In this document: piece by piece, positions 29,261 to 39,583 of the stretch | How positions within the stretch are numbered: position 1 is the first letter of the stretch | Layout: each line of letters starts with the position of its first letter | DNA from: an uncultured Lachnospiraceae bacterium | Lineage (GTDB): Bacteria; Bacillota; Clostridia; Lachnospirales; Lachnospiraceae | Assembly: GCA_902790275.1 (NCBI GenBank) | Contig: CADARM010000003.1 | Coordinates: forward strand, 1-61,011 | Reading direction: 5' to 3' | Length of the DNA: 61,011 nt | Translations under genes and position numbers: made by a program | The notes under the pieces: generated by a model | Told to the model about the DNA's origin: nothing | Databases searched by the model: none | The model's input: the letters and a program-made list of their open reading frames with translations, nothing else

Positions 29261-32200
29261 ATGAACGACAACTTATCAAAGATTTTGGAACTTGAAAAAA
29301 GAGTCCAGGCAGAGAGAAACGAACTGGATCGCCTCTCCGAATTCTACGGAAGCAGCAATGACTATTTTGTGAAAAACAAACTTCAGTTTCTTCAGGCCGA
29401 ACTGGATTATCTTAATAACCAGTGCAGGCTTTTGAATGAATCTGTTGAGGAAAAAGCTCCCGCAAAGGCACCGACATATGTTAAGCCTTCGGTAAGACCC
29501 GTACCGGTAAAAACACCTGTTGCAGAAAAACCTGCAGCTGCACCTGCAGCGGAAGAAAAACCCGTTGCAGCTTCGGTTACGATTCCCGAAGAAAAGAAAG
29601 AGACAATAGAACCCGCAAAACCCATAGAGCCCGCAAAGCCCATCGTGCCTGCAAAACCTATGGGATATAAGCCCGTGGTTCAGAAACCTGAAATAGAAGA
29701 ATTACCCGACGTGGTCGTTGCACCCGAAGATACTTCATTCTTCGAAAAGAAAGAAGCAGAAGAGAATAAGGCTGCCGAACCCGTTGTTGAAAAAACTGTC
29801 GAACCTGTTATCGAAAAGGCAGCTGAGCCTGTTGTTGAAAAGAAGCAGGAAGACACTCATAAAAATCCCGTCAGAGAATGGACGAGAGATTCAAGTTCTG
29901 TTACAGCTGAAAACGAAAGCAAAAAAGCTGATAATAATATACCTTCCAATATACCTACGGTTGAAGAGATCTTAAAAGAGAATATCGAAGAAAAGACAGA
30001 ATCCGTAAAAGAGATCTTCAAGGAAGAAACCAAGCCGGTTGAAAAAACCGTTGCCAAGCCCGAGACAAAAGAAGCAGCACCTGAACCCGTTAAAGTTCAG
30101 GAACCTGTTAAGCCTGTGGCAGAAGCGAAAAAAGAAGAGGTTAAGGCAGAAGCTCCCAAGAATGAGGAGTTTGTTGTCGAAGAACCCATTGAGATCAAAA
30201 TTCCCGCATCCGTTAAGAAAGAGGAAAAGAAAAAAGGTACTCTCGAAAACAGGATCGGTCTCTGGGTTATGCCTATTTTGGCTGCAACCCTCATATTCAT
30301 AAGTGTTATCTTATTGGCCAGTGCACTTCCCGAGTATATCGGCGATATCTTAAAGCAGATCACGATGGTTGTTGCAGGTCTTTCATTTGCCGGAATCGGC
30401 GTTGTCCTTAAGAGAAAGAATAAAGGCGGAGCGTTCGGTCAGGTTCTTATGGCTATCGGTGTCGGAGAACTGTTTGTCACGCTGGCCGTCTGCAGATTTG
30501 TATTCCAGTCGATAGGCGATCTGATGCTGTTCGTACTGATATTCCTATGGTCCGTCGCGCTGATAATACTGAAACGGTTTTCAAGTATCCTGTTCCAGAC
30601 CATCGGTGAGATCGGTGTTTCGATCGCGGTTATCTTCGGAGTTTGTTACTCCGTAGCTGCAAACAATCACAACGGACTTGTTGTAGTTCTTGCATTTTAT
30701 GCATTCAGTGCATTTGTATATTATTTCCTTTTCAAGTTCAAAGGAAGCATGGCAAATGTCATCATGTTCCATGTTTTCAATATGGCCAAACTCCTCGTAT
30801 TGTCGGTTGGCGTATTCCTTGGAACGGATAACGGACTTGTACTTTCCGGAATCCTGGGCCTCATCTGTGTAGGACTCGGATTCCTTTCGGCGATCGATAT
30901 CATCTTTACATTCAAGAGCGAATCCACTCTTGATGAGATATTCGGACCCATTACACTTTTCTTATATTCGATACAGGTATTTATTTCATCCGCTATCGCA
31001 GTAATGTACTTTATCCTTGTAGGCGGCGGATTTACTCAGGAAATATTTAACGAAGGATTTGATACGGTATTTAATGCCGTTAAGGATTCGAGATGGCTCA
31101 TGGCTGCGGTCGGAGCAACTCTTATCTGTATGATCTTCCTTCTTGTAGAGTTTGTCTGGAAAGAAATATTACCCAAGTACTGGGCAGAGATCATGCTTCT
31201 CTTTGTATTGTTCGGCTCGCTGATCTGTGCACATGAGACATTCAAAGTCGGCTTCATCGTAATGATGGTCCTTCTCACGATCCTCGGATACGCAAGAAGA
31301 AATCATCTGTTAAAGATCGCAGCACTCTGCTTCTATGTAGGATATGCATTTATCCCCGGCGAAGTTGTTTTAAGAATGATCGTCGGACTCGGCATGGGAA
31401 TCGCGGTACTTGCACTTCTTTATGCAACAGAACAGTACTTCTTCGCATACAAGATCAGTATTTACTTCTCACTTATCTTATATGCGGTAACGGTAGCATT
31501 TGCGTCATTCGAGACAAGCAACCTTGTCGGAATAAGACTGGTAGTGATCCTTGCATTCGTTTCACTGCTCGACCTTGTAATGATGTTCTCGTTCCTTTCA
31601 AAGAACAAGCAGAAGGAACTGGATTTTGCGATAGTTCCGGAGATAATGAATCTTCTTCTTACACCTTCGGCACTTATCCTTTCCATGGCCATCGTTTTAT
31701 TAAAAGGAACGATCGGATTTGTTCCTCTTCTGATAGGATTTGTACTCATTATCGTTTCAACTTTCAGAGGATACCTCCAGAACAGGATCCTTTGCAGAGT
31801 TACAGCCGTCGGTTCGCTTTTTGTCGGAGTTGTAACCCTTGCGGTATTTGATTATTCCGCTTTCTGGTTCGCACCGATCGCGATCGTACTCGGAATCGTT
31901 TTAATGTATATCAAAAAGGAAAGATATACATTTATCGAAAAGCTTTTGTATTACATCCTGATCCTGGCTTACTCGGGAACATGCATTTACTATTTCTACG
32001 AGACACTTCTGGATATTCCCGCACTCGGCGTGGCAAACGTATGGTTAATCGCAGCGACAGTAACGGCACTTATCTTTAAGTTTACGGGACTTGCAAAAAC
32101 AGCGGATCAGACAAGTGATGATTTTGAGTGGGTAACATTTGTTACTTCCGGAATACTCACAATATTGTCGGTTGCTCTTATCAACACCGCTGACATCGAA

Positions 32201-34096
32201 GCAAAATACATTCCTTTCGTGATAGTTTCACTGCTTACGCTTGTATGGCTCATCCACGGTTTCGCAGTCAACAAACATCCGGAGAAGATCGCAGTACTCT
32301 TAACGCTTTTACTTATGTTTGTCACGGCGATCGAATTCAGTGATCTGTTCGCGGTATTCGAGATCGTGATCACATCTTTGTTTATCGTACTTCTGTACTT
32401 AAAGAAAGATTCGTATCATGTTTTATACAAAGCTTCGGCTTACATCATACTGCTTATAAACAGTGCGGTCATTCCTTTCCTTTATGCGGATTCGCTCGAG
32501 AATATCAGATTCGTATGGACGGCGGGAATCATACTCATTGCACTTATGTTTGTGACGCTTCTCTTTAAGTTTACCGGTCTTGCAAAGAACCCGAACACAA
32601 AAGAGAACGATATCTGGGTACTCACATTTATTGCTGATATACTGACGGTTGTATATGCCGCAGTATTAATGTTCATCTACAAGGATGACGGAAACTATCT
32701 TCCTACGGCAGCGATCGCAGTTATCACATGTATCTGGATGATCCATGGATTTACGGCAAAGAAAGTATTCTACAAGCTTGCATTCCTTGCTTCCATGGTC
32801 TTGATGGCATGTATTTCCTGGACATTTGTTCCGACACTTTACACGATCATCACAACGGGACTTACGATCATATTCGTAATGCTGCTTTATACAAGCGAAG
32901 AAGCATACTCGGTATGGTTCAAACTTGCAATATATGTGATCGCAATGGTCAATACGATCATCTGCCCGGTACTTTACTACGATACGCTTTCGAAAGTCGA
33001 ATGGCTCGGCGTGACCAGAGTTATCCTTCTCGCAGCACTTGCTGTAGCTCTTCTCTTTAAGTTTACGGTTCTTGCAAAGAATCCCGAGACGGAAGAGGAA
33101 GATTTCTACTGGCCGACATTTGCCACACTCGGACTTGTTGCGATATATGCATACGCACTGATCCCCATCTACAAGAACGACAATATCATTCAGAGTGCGA
33201 TACTCCTTATCATCGCCATGATCTGGATGGTACACGGATTCTTAAAAGACAGATTATCCGAAAAGTTGTGCGTTCTCGCGGTGGCATTCGCGATCATGTG
33301 TATCTCGTACTTCTATATCCCTGCGGCTTATATGGTCACCGCTGCAGCGATAATCGTCGGATACCTCTTCTTCATGTACAGAGCGGATGGCGGATATTCA
33401 TTTATACAGAAACTGTTTATGTACGGCATTGCGATCTTAAATTCGATCATTTGTCCGTCACTCATAAACGACAAATTGATGAATCTGGATGTATTTGTTA
33501 CCGCAAATGTGGTATTCTTACTCCTGTTCACGGTTAACACACTATTCAGATTTACTCCTCTTTCGAAGAATCCCGAAACGGACGAAAGAGATATGAGATT
33601 CATAACTATAGTTGCAAGCCACGTCCTTGTACTTATAGGAATCATGATAACATTTGTTCTTAAGGCACCTGCTGATATCCTTACAGGACTTATCACACTT
33701 GCATCGGTTCCTATCGGAACGGCATGGATCTGGACCGAGGAAGATCTCGATTCGGAATCTATGCTCACGGTCGGAAAGTATTTTGCGATAACGGAATATG
33801 TATTTGTGCCTTTCGTATTATGTTACGCAATGTCGGCACCCGCATACGTTTCCAGTATCGTCGGAATGGTTCTTGCAGTAGGATGTATAGTCCTCGGCTT
33901 TGCAATGAAGATGACGGGCGTACGTATTTACGGTCTTGTCGTTTCAATGATAATGATATTCAAGCTTTCGCTTGTCGATTTCGAGAGATCGTCGCTTCTT
34001 GCGTATGCACTTAGCTTCTTTATCGCAGGTATCGCGTGTCTCGTTATCAGTATGCTGTATTACTTCGTAAATGCGGCTATGGCAGAAAGAGAATAG
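29261..34096 (+). CDS. 1611-aa polytopic membrane protein (DUF2339-like) with P/E/K-rich N-terminus and internal repeats
   Basis: ATG 29261 behind GAGGG; coiled coil, low-complexity linker, LENRIG motif, dozens of TM-length hydrophobic segments, C-terminal RIYGLVV...KLSLVD. Confidence 0.8.
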   Translation: MNDNLSKILELEKRVQAERNELDRLSEFYGSSNDYFVKNKLQFLQAELDYLNNQCRLLNESVEEKAPAKAPTYVKPSVRPVPVKTPVAEKPAAAPAAEEKPVAASVTIPEEKKETIEPAKPIEPAKPIVPAKPMGYKPVVQKPEIEELPDVVVAPEDTSFFEKKEAEENKAAEPVVEKTVEPVIEKAAEPVVEKKQEDTHKNPVREWTRDSSSVTAENESKKADNNIPSNIPTVEEILKENIEEKTESVKEIFKEETKPVEKTVAKPETKEAAPEPVKVQEPVKPVAEAKKEEVKAEAPKNEEFVVEEPIEIKIPASVKKEEKKKGTLENRIGLWVMPILAATLIFISVILLASALPEYIGDILKQITMVVAGLSFAGIGVVLKRKNKGGAFGQVLMAIGVGELFVTLAVCRFVFQSIGDLMLFVLIFLWSVALIILKRFSSILFQTIGEIGVSIAVIFGVCYSVAANNHNGLVVVLAFYAFSAFVYYFLFKFKGSMANVIMFHVFNMAKLLVLSVGVFLGTDNGLVLSGILGLICVGLGFLSAIDIIFTFKSESTLDEIFGPITLFLYSIQVFISSAIAVMYFILVGGGFTQEIFNEGFDTVFNAVKDSRWLMAAVGATLICMIFLLVEFVWKEILPKYWAEIMLLFVLFGSLICAHETFKVGFIVMMVLLTILGYARRNHLLKIAALCFYVGYAFIPGEVVLRMIVGLGMGIAVLALLYATEQYFFAYKISIYFSLILYAVTVAFASFETSNLVGIRLVVILAFVSLLDLVMMFSFLSKNKQKELDFAIVPEIMNLLLTPSALILSMAIVLLKGTIGFVPLLIGFVLIIVSTFRGYLQNRILCRVTAVGSLFVGVVTLAVFDYSAFWFAPIAIVLGIVLMYIKKERYTFIEKLLYYILILAYSGTCIYYFYETLLDIPALGVANVWLIAATVTALIFKFTGLAKTADQTSDDFEWVTFVTSGILTILSVALINTADIEAKYIPFVIVSLLTLVWLIHGFAVNKHPEKIAVLLTLLLMFVTAIEFSDLFAVFEIVITSLFIVLLYLKKDSYHVLYKASAYIILLINSAVIPFLYADSLENIRFVWTAGIILIALMFVTLLFKFTGLAKNPNTKENDIWVLTFIADILTVVYAAVLMFIYKDDGNYLPTAAIAVITCIWMIHGFTAKKVFYKLAFLASMVLMACISWTFVPTLYTIITTGLTIIFVMLLYTSEEAYSVWFKLAIYVIAMVNTIICPVLYYDTLSKVEWLGVTRVILLAALAVALLFKFTVLAKNPETEEEDFYWPTFATLGLVAIYAYALIPIYKNDNIIQSAILLIIAMIWMVHGFLKDRLSEKLCVLAVAFAIMCISYFYIPAAYMVTAAAIIVGYLFFMYRADGGYSFIQKLFMYGIAILNSIICPSLINDKLMNLDVFVTANVVFLLLFTVNTLFRFTPLSKNPETDERDMRFITIVASHVLVLIGIMITFVLKAPADILTGLITLASVPIGTAWIWTEEDLDSESMLTVGKYFAITEYVFVPFVLCYAMSAPAYVSSIVGMVLAVGCIVLGFAMKMTGVRIYGLVVSMIMIFKLSLVDFERSSLLAYALSFFIAGIACLVISMLYYFVNAAMAERE

Positions 34097-34117
34097 TGAT
34101 TTGACCGGGGGAAAAAT

Positions 34118-34747
34118 ATGAACGAAAATATGGTAAAAAGAAATAAGCTTCTGGCAGAAAAAGTTATAAAAGGTCTCGAGTCCAGAAACATGACCGGCTA
34201 CTATGCAGAGAGTAAGGAAGAAGCATTAAAGATCGCTCTTTCACTTATTCCCGAAGGCAGCAGTATCGGAATGGGCGGCGCGATGAGCGTACACGAGATC
34301 GGACTTTCCGAAGCTTTAAAGAGCGATAAGTATAACTTTATCGACAGAGATGCGACAGATGATAAAAGGGCAGCAATGCTTGCAACATATGATGCAGACT
34401 TTTTCTTATCGAGTGTCAATGCGATGAGCGATGACGGTGTACTTGTAAATATCGACGGTAATTCCAACAGGGTTTCGGCTATCGCACAGGGACCTAAGAA
34501 GGTGATCTTTATCGTGGGTATGAACAAGGTTTGCCCCGATACGGATTCGGCTTTAAAAAGAGCGAGAAATGTTGCGGCACCCATCAATGCACAGAGATTC
34601 GGTCTTTCAACGCCGTGCTCGCAAAAAGGCACCTGCTTTGACTGCAAGTCTCCCGACACCATCTGCTGTCAATTCTTGATTACCAGATATTCTCGTCATA
34701 AAGACAGGATCCACGTCATTTTAGTAAATGACAATCTGGGATTTTAG
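34118..34747 (+). CDS. LUD-domain (lactate utilisation LutC-like) protein
   Basis: SVNAMSDDGVLVNIDGNSNRV, VGMNKV, Cys cluster PCSQKGTCFDC...ICC. Confidence 0.85.
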   Translation: MNENMVKRNKLLAEKVIKGLESRNMTGYYAESKEEALKIALSLIPEGSSIGMGGAMSVHEIGLSEALKSDKYNFIDRDATDDKRAAMLATYDADFFLSSVNAMSDDGVLVNIDGNSNRVSAIAQGPKKVIFIVGMNKVCPDTDSALKRARNVAAPINAQRFGLSTPCSQKGTCFDCKSPDTICCQFLITRYSRHKDRIHVILVNDNLGF

Positions 34748-34755
34748 AGGTTTTA

Positions 34756-36219
34756 ATGAAAAAACAGAATTTGTTTAAAAGAATACTTGCGTCGGTATTG
34801 ATGGCAGGTCTTATATTTGCGATACCAATGAATGTCTTGGCGGACGATCCTCCCGATTACGAGGCGGAAGCCGAAGCGAGAAAGGCGCTCCCCATCCAGT
34901 CGAATGCGATAACCGACTGGCCGCAGGGACCCGAGGTGTCGGCACAGGCCGCGATCTTAATGGAAGCCAAAACCGGCGCGATTCTTTATGCCAAAAATAT
35001 AGACGAGCGTCTTTATCCCGCGAGTACCACAAAGATCCTTACATGTACTCTTGCGATGGAAAACTGCGACCTCGATGAGATGGTAACATTTTCCTACGAA
35101 GCGGTTCACGACGTACCCTGGGACGGATCCAAGGTAGGTATGGATGCGGGCGAGGCGATCCCGATGCAGCAGGCACTCGAAGCGATCTTAGTCGGAAGTG
35201 CGAACGAAGTTTCAAATGCGGTTGCCGAGCATGTTGCGGGAAGCATGGATGAGTTCGTGAATATGATGAACAAAAGGGTTGAGGAACTCGGACTTGAGAA
35301 TACGCATTTTATGAATGCGAACGGTCTGTATGACGATAACCACTATACTTCGGCATATGACCTGGCGATCATAGCAAGGGATTTCTTCAGCTACGAGCTT
35401 CTGGCAAAGATGGCAAGAACTCCGAAGATGGAATTCACGCCGACACCGACACAGCCCGATGAGTTTGAAGTCAATTCCAAGAATATGCTTCTGGAAGGAA
35501 AGAAATACCACTACGAATACCTTGTGGGTTCCAAGACCGGATATACGGACAAGGCAAGACAGACACTTGTATCCTGTGCCAGAAAAGACGGTATGGAACT
35601 TATCTGCGTGGTGTTAAAAGATGAATCGCCCTTACAGTTTACGGATACGATCGCACTCTTTGATTACGGATTTAACAATTTCACGATCGAATCCATTGAG
35701 GGAAAAGAGTTCAGCTTCGATTCGAACAAAAGCGGTTTCTTTAAGACCGGAACGGATATCTTCGGTGATTCGGAAGACATCCTTATGCTTAACGACAGTG
35801 CGAAGATCATTTTACCGAACAATGCGATATTCGACGATCTTAAGATGAATGTCGTATACGATACGGACAATGTTAACGCCGTAGCCAAGGCGGTATACAT
35901 GTTTAACGGAAATGCGGTCGGATATGCGGATATCCTTCTTAATTCGCAAAAGACAACGCTCTTTGAGAATTCCGAGAGCACGGTCACAAGCGAAGAGGTT
36001 CCGTACGTATCCAACAAAGACGGAAAGTCCGTTTTCGTTAACATCAAGATAGTACTTATCTCACTGGTAGTTTTCGTATTCCTTGTAACCGTAGTGCTTA
36101 TCGTTTACAAAAAGATCATTATGGCAAAGAGGGATATCCGAAAGAAAAAGGCCAACAAAAACAAAGAAAAAGAACGCGTCTACAGAGATGCGTCCAAACA
36201 TAAGAGTTTTAAATTATAA
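34756..36219 (+). CDS. D-alanyl-D-alanine carboxypeptidase (peptidase S11)
   Basis: Signal peptide, PASTTK (SxxK), SAN (SxN), SKTG, C-terminal TM anchor. Confidence 0.93.
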   Translation: MKKQNLFKRILASVLMAGLIFAIPMNVLADDPPDYEAEAEARKALPIQSNAITDWPQGPEVSAQAAILMEAKTGAILYAKNIDERLYPASTTKILTCTLAMENCDLDEMVTFSYEAVHDVPWDGSKVGMDAGEAIPMQQALEAILVGSANEVSNAVAEHVAGSMDEFVNMMNKRVEELGLENTHFMNANGLYDDNHYTSAYDLAIIARDFFSYELLAKMARTPKMEFTPTPTQPDEFEVNSKNMLLEGKKYHYEYLVGSKTGYTDKARQTLVSCARKDGMELICVVLKDESPLQFTDTIALFDYGFNNFTIESIEGKEFSFDSNKSGFFKTGTDIFGDSEDILMLNDSAKIILPNNAIFDDLKMNVVYDTDNVNAVAKAVYMFNGNAVGYADILLNSQKTTLFENSESTVTSEEVPYVSNKDGKSVFVNIKIVLISLVVFVFLVTVVLIVYKKIIMAKRDIRKKKANKNKEKERVYRDASKHKSFKL

Positions 36220-36243
36220 AAAGAGGCGTTACCGCCTCTTTTT
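36219..36243. terminator. Bidirectional terminator between convergent genes
   Basis: AAAGAGGCG-ttac-CGCCTCTTT with A/T tails. Confidence 0.8.
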
Positions 36244-36772
36244 AATTTTCGTCTTCAGCTTCTTCAGCTTTCTTTGCTTTTTTCTTTTTATTGAATACAA
36301 GGAATTTACTGAATACGTAATTGGCTATCGTAACGAGTACGGCCGAGATGAAGATCTTTACGAACCAGTAGTAAACCTTGTCCTGGGTTTCGATATCGTT
36401 AAATGTAAGATTTATGAAAGAGAGAAGCTTTAAGAGTGCGTTCTCAAACGATACGATGTTGATAAAGAACCACATTATCAGAACATCGAGTACCCAGGTC
36501 GAAACTCTGGATGCGGCGAATCCGCCAAATTCCTTTAAGATGTGTTTGTTTTTGCTCTTAAACACCCATGCTCTGTTTAAGGGATAGGCGAAGCTTACGC
36601 CGACAACCCATGAGATGGTGTTAATGAGGAAATTCTGAAAGGATATGTTTGAATCCAGAAAGAATTTTGCCACAAAGCAGGCGAGCCAGGATACGATGGT
36701 CGTAAGGACACCCACTATCAAATAAATGATTATCTCTTCGTATTTTTTATAAAGTTCTTTTATCTTTTCCAT
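36242..36772 (-). CDS. GtrA-family flippase-like protein
   Basis: YLIVGVLTTIV, FAYPLNRAWVFKS, NYVFSKFLVF. Confidence 0.9.
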   Translation of the reverse strand: MEKIKELYKKYEEIIIYLIVGVLTTIVSWLACFVAKFFLDSNISFQNFLINTISWVVGVSFAYPLNRAWVFKSKNKHILKEFGGFAASRVSTWVLDVLIMWFFINIVSFENALLKLLSFINLTFNDIETQDKVYYWFVKIFISAVLVTIANYVFSKFLVFNKKKKAKKAEEAEDEN

Positions 36773-36784
36773 TTCTTTTCTTCT

Positions 36785-38440
36785 TTATTCGGTTTCTTTT
36801 GTGGTTGCGATCATATCTGCGATGCACCAGTGAGGATTGTCGACGCCGTCGTCCGAATCGTCATAGTATACGAAGAAGACGGTTGAGTCGTAATCGTTGG
36901 AGATCTTTTCCTTGGTCCTCGTAAGGATCATGTTCTTGGAGAACGCGATGTGAAGCGAGTAGCAGATATCCGAATATTCGCAATAATTGTCAACGACCAC
37001 GTTTGTGTACTTGGGATCGTCAAACGTGTGAGCCGAAGTAAATGTGATGTCTACGCCGGTAGCCCACTGCTTGGCCATGTTCCAGTAGTCCGAATCCTTG
37101 ATAAAGAATGCCTGGACTGTCGCAAGACCGTGGTTGGGACCCGAAAGATCTGAAGTGTTGAAATCTTCGTAGGTCTGAACCATTGAAAGGGCTTCGTTTC
37201 TTCTCTCGTCGCTCAAAGTATTGGAAGAGGCCGAATAGGAAGCACGTACCTTGGTGCCGTTTATCTCGATGGGTACTTCTTCGCCTGCGGCATTAAGAAC
37301 CTTGATCGTAGCACCGTTTATAACGTTGTCGACTTTGTATTCCACGTAGGAAGGCATATCGACATAGTTTGATACATAAGCAAATTCGGGGATCTCCTCA
37401 ACATTGCCTGTCATGTATTCTTCGCTTACGTGAAGACCGTCGATGACGGGTGAATATCCTTCGGGAACCGAGAATGTGTAATTTACCACGTCGATGCTGC
37501 AGACGGGTTCGATCGTATCAACATCCCAGTCCATGATGGTGAGGATAGCGAAGATCTTTGTCTGGCTTACAGCCTTAAGTGTTACTTTTGCAACGGTCTC
37601 GCCGTCCGAGATGATGTTGTAGACGGGAGCTTCAGTAATATAGCTTGTCGGATCTTTTTCCGCGGTGAACGAAGAATGTGATTCGAGCGTAGCGATATAA
37701 TTCTCAAGAAGCGTATTGCTGTCTACAAATGTAAGATCCAGATCCTTGAAAGTAAAATCTGCGGGAGTGAAAGCTCCGGTGTTTACATTGCTTTCAAATT
37801 CCTTGATGTATTCAGCCATGTAATTTTCTGACTGTGAATTCTCGTATTTCTTAAGGCATGAATCCGTATACTTTAAAAATACAAATGAAAGAATAAGTAA
37901 GATTACGGTATATATTCCGAGGCCTATCCAGAAAACGGGAGTCTTTTTCTTTTTGGGAGCGCTCTTTTTTGAAGGAGCGGTGTTTCTTCTTGCTGCGCCT
38001 GAACTCTGGCTTGTTCTTCTTTCGGTCTCGATAGCATCCCTTGCTGCGGGACGTCTTGAAGTGTTATTTCCTGAACGTCTTGCCGTATCGGATCTTTGTT
38101 CTCCCGAACGTCTTGCCACATCCGGTCTTCTTGCTTCGCCTGAAGAGGAACGCTTAACCGCTTCTCTTTCCGCAGAGGGTCTTCTTTCTCCGCCCTCGCG
38201 TCTTGCAGCCTCTCTCTCAGCCGAAGGTCTCTGAGTTCTCTGTTCGCCTGAAGCACTGCGTCTTGCGGCTTCTCTGTCAGCAGAAGGTCTTGCGACTCTT
38301 TCCTCGGGGTTTCTTCTCTCAGGTCTTGCTTCGGATGAACCGGTGCGTTCCGCACGCATCTGTCTCATTCTCTCGTTGGCAAGTTCTCTCATGGAGGGCT
38401 GACGTTTATTCTGATTGTTTGTACTGTTTTCGTTTGCCAT
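36785..38440 (-). CDS. Single-pass membrane protein with Arg/Ser-rich repetitive N-terminus and acidic extracytoplasmic domain
   Basis: RPSA(D/E)REA x3 and ARRSG repeats, basic patch, TM FWIGLGIYTVILLILSFVFL, about 360-aa C-terminal domain. Confidence 0.8.
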   Translation of the reverse strand: MANENSTNNQNKRQPSMRELANERMRQMRAERTGSSEARPERRNPEERVARPSADREAARRSASGEQRTQRPSAEREAARREGGERRPSAEREAVKRSSSGEARRPDVARRSGEQRSDTARRSGNNTSRRPAARDAIETERRTSQSSGAARRNTAPSKKSAPKKKKTPVFWIGLGIYTVILLILSFVFLKYTDSCLKKYENSQSENYMAEYIKEFESNVNTGAFTPADFTFKDLDLTFVDSNTLLENYIATLESHSSFTAEKDPTSYITEAPVYNIISDGETVAKVTLKAVSQTKIFAILTIMDWDVDTIEPVCSIDVVNYTFSVPEGYSPVIDGLHVSEEYMTGNVEEIPEFAYVSNYVDMPSYVEYKVDNVINGATIKVLNAAGEEVPIEINGTKVRASYSASSNTLSDERRNEALSMVQTYEDFNTSDLSGPNHGLATVQAFFIKDSDYWNMAKQWATGVDITFTSAHTFDDPKYTNVVVDNYCEYSDICYSLHIAFSKNMILTRTKEKISNDYDSTVFFVYYDDSDDGVDNPHWCIADMIATTKETE

Positions 38441-38452
38441 GTCGCTACCTCC

Positions 38453-39553
38453 TTAATTCTTGGGCATTACCGCAAAAGCTGTCGGTAATTTCCATGATGA
38501 ATTTTTATAATAGAAGGTTACGCTCGACATTTCATATTCGCCGTTGTAAACCATCGAAGACGAACTTCCGCCGTCAAGATTGGCAGCATTGACTGCACCG
38601 TATTCCTGCATGATACCGATAAGATCGGATGCTGTGGCACCAAGGTGACCGCTCGCACCGCGTCCGTCGGTTACGAGGAAAAGAACTGCACCGTCGGCAC
38701 GCTGACCGATGGCTGTTCTGGGGTTGGCACCCGAACCCGTTCCGTTGAGAACACGTGCTTCGCCGTTTGAGATAAGGGATACGAAGTGGTTGTTGGCATC
38801 GGAAGATTCTTCCTGGAAGCAGTGAGCATCGCGGATGCCTTCTTCCTGTACGTATCTTTCAAAATCTGCTGCCGACATTCCTGTCAGATCCTTGATGATA
38901 AGGATGTTGTCGTTGTTAAATCCGATCATGTAAAGACCTGTAAGTCCGCCGGGCTGATTGTAAGTGATCTGACCGTTCTCGACTACTACACCGAGAGGCT
39001 GGCCGCCCTTGTTACCTACGGAAACATAGATACCTGCGTTTACGCCGCCGATGGCACCTCTGTCGGAGATGATCTCGTCGAGGTTCTTACCGTACTCGCC
39101 CCAGCTTCCGTTAGTGCTTGTGGTTGCCATTACAACCTGTGAAGGATCCTTGATGATCATCATCTTTGCAAAGAAAGTACGGCCGGAGATCTCTTCGATA
39201 CGGATTCCGTTTTCGTCGAATTCCTCATCTGCGTAAGGATTGTCTTCACCCGCTTCGGGATCGTCAGCGCCTGTATTTATTGAGATAAGGGAAGTATCGA
39301 CTGTTGTGTCGACCATTTCCATTGAGTTCATGTCTACGATCTTCTGGATCTCTTCATCACTGCATACCCAGTTCGCAAGGAACTTAAGCTGTCCGGTCTC
39401 AAGGATCGTGGTGATGAAAAGTGTTCTTGCAGCTTCCGAAGGGCCGTTACAGCACTTCTGGAGCATGATGTAAAGTGTTCCGGTTACGATTAAAAGAGTT
39501 ACAAGGATCACAAGCAGTACCTTACCTGCGATTCCCATTATTTTTTTAAGCAT
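38453..39553 (-). CDS. Phosphodiester glycosidase (NAGPA/DUF2233) family protein
   Basis: N-terminal TM; NPRTAIGQRADG, TDGR, AANLDGGSSSSM. Confidence 0.9.
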   Translation of the reverse strand: MLKKIMGIAGKVLLVILVTLLIVTGTLYIMLQKCCNGPSEAARTLFITTILETGQLKFLANWVCSDEEIQKIVDMNSMEMVDTTVDTSLISINTGADDPEAGEDNPYADEEFDENGIRIEEISGRTFFAKMMIIKDPSQVVMATTSTNGSWGEYGKNLDEIISDRGAIGGVNAGIYVSVGNKGGQPLGVVVENGQITYNQPGGLTGLYMIGFNNDNILIIKDLTGMSAADFERYVQEEGIRDAHCFQEESSDANNHFVSLISNGEARVLNGTGSGANPRTAIGQRADGAVLFLVTDGRGASGHLGATASDLIGIMQEYGAVNAANLDGGSSSSMVYNGEYEMSSVTFYYKNSSWKLPTAFAVMPKN

Positions 39554-39583
39554 GAAAATAAAAACCTCCGATGTGATAAAACT

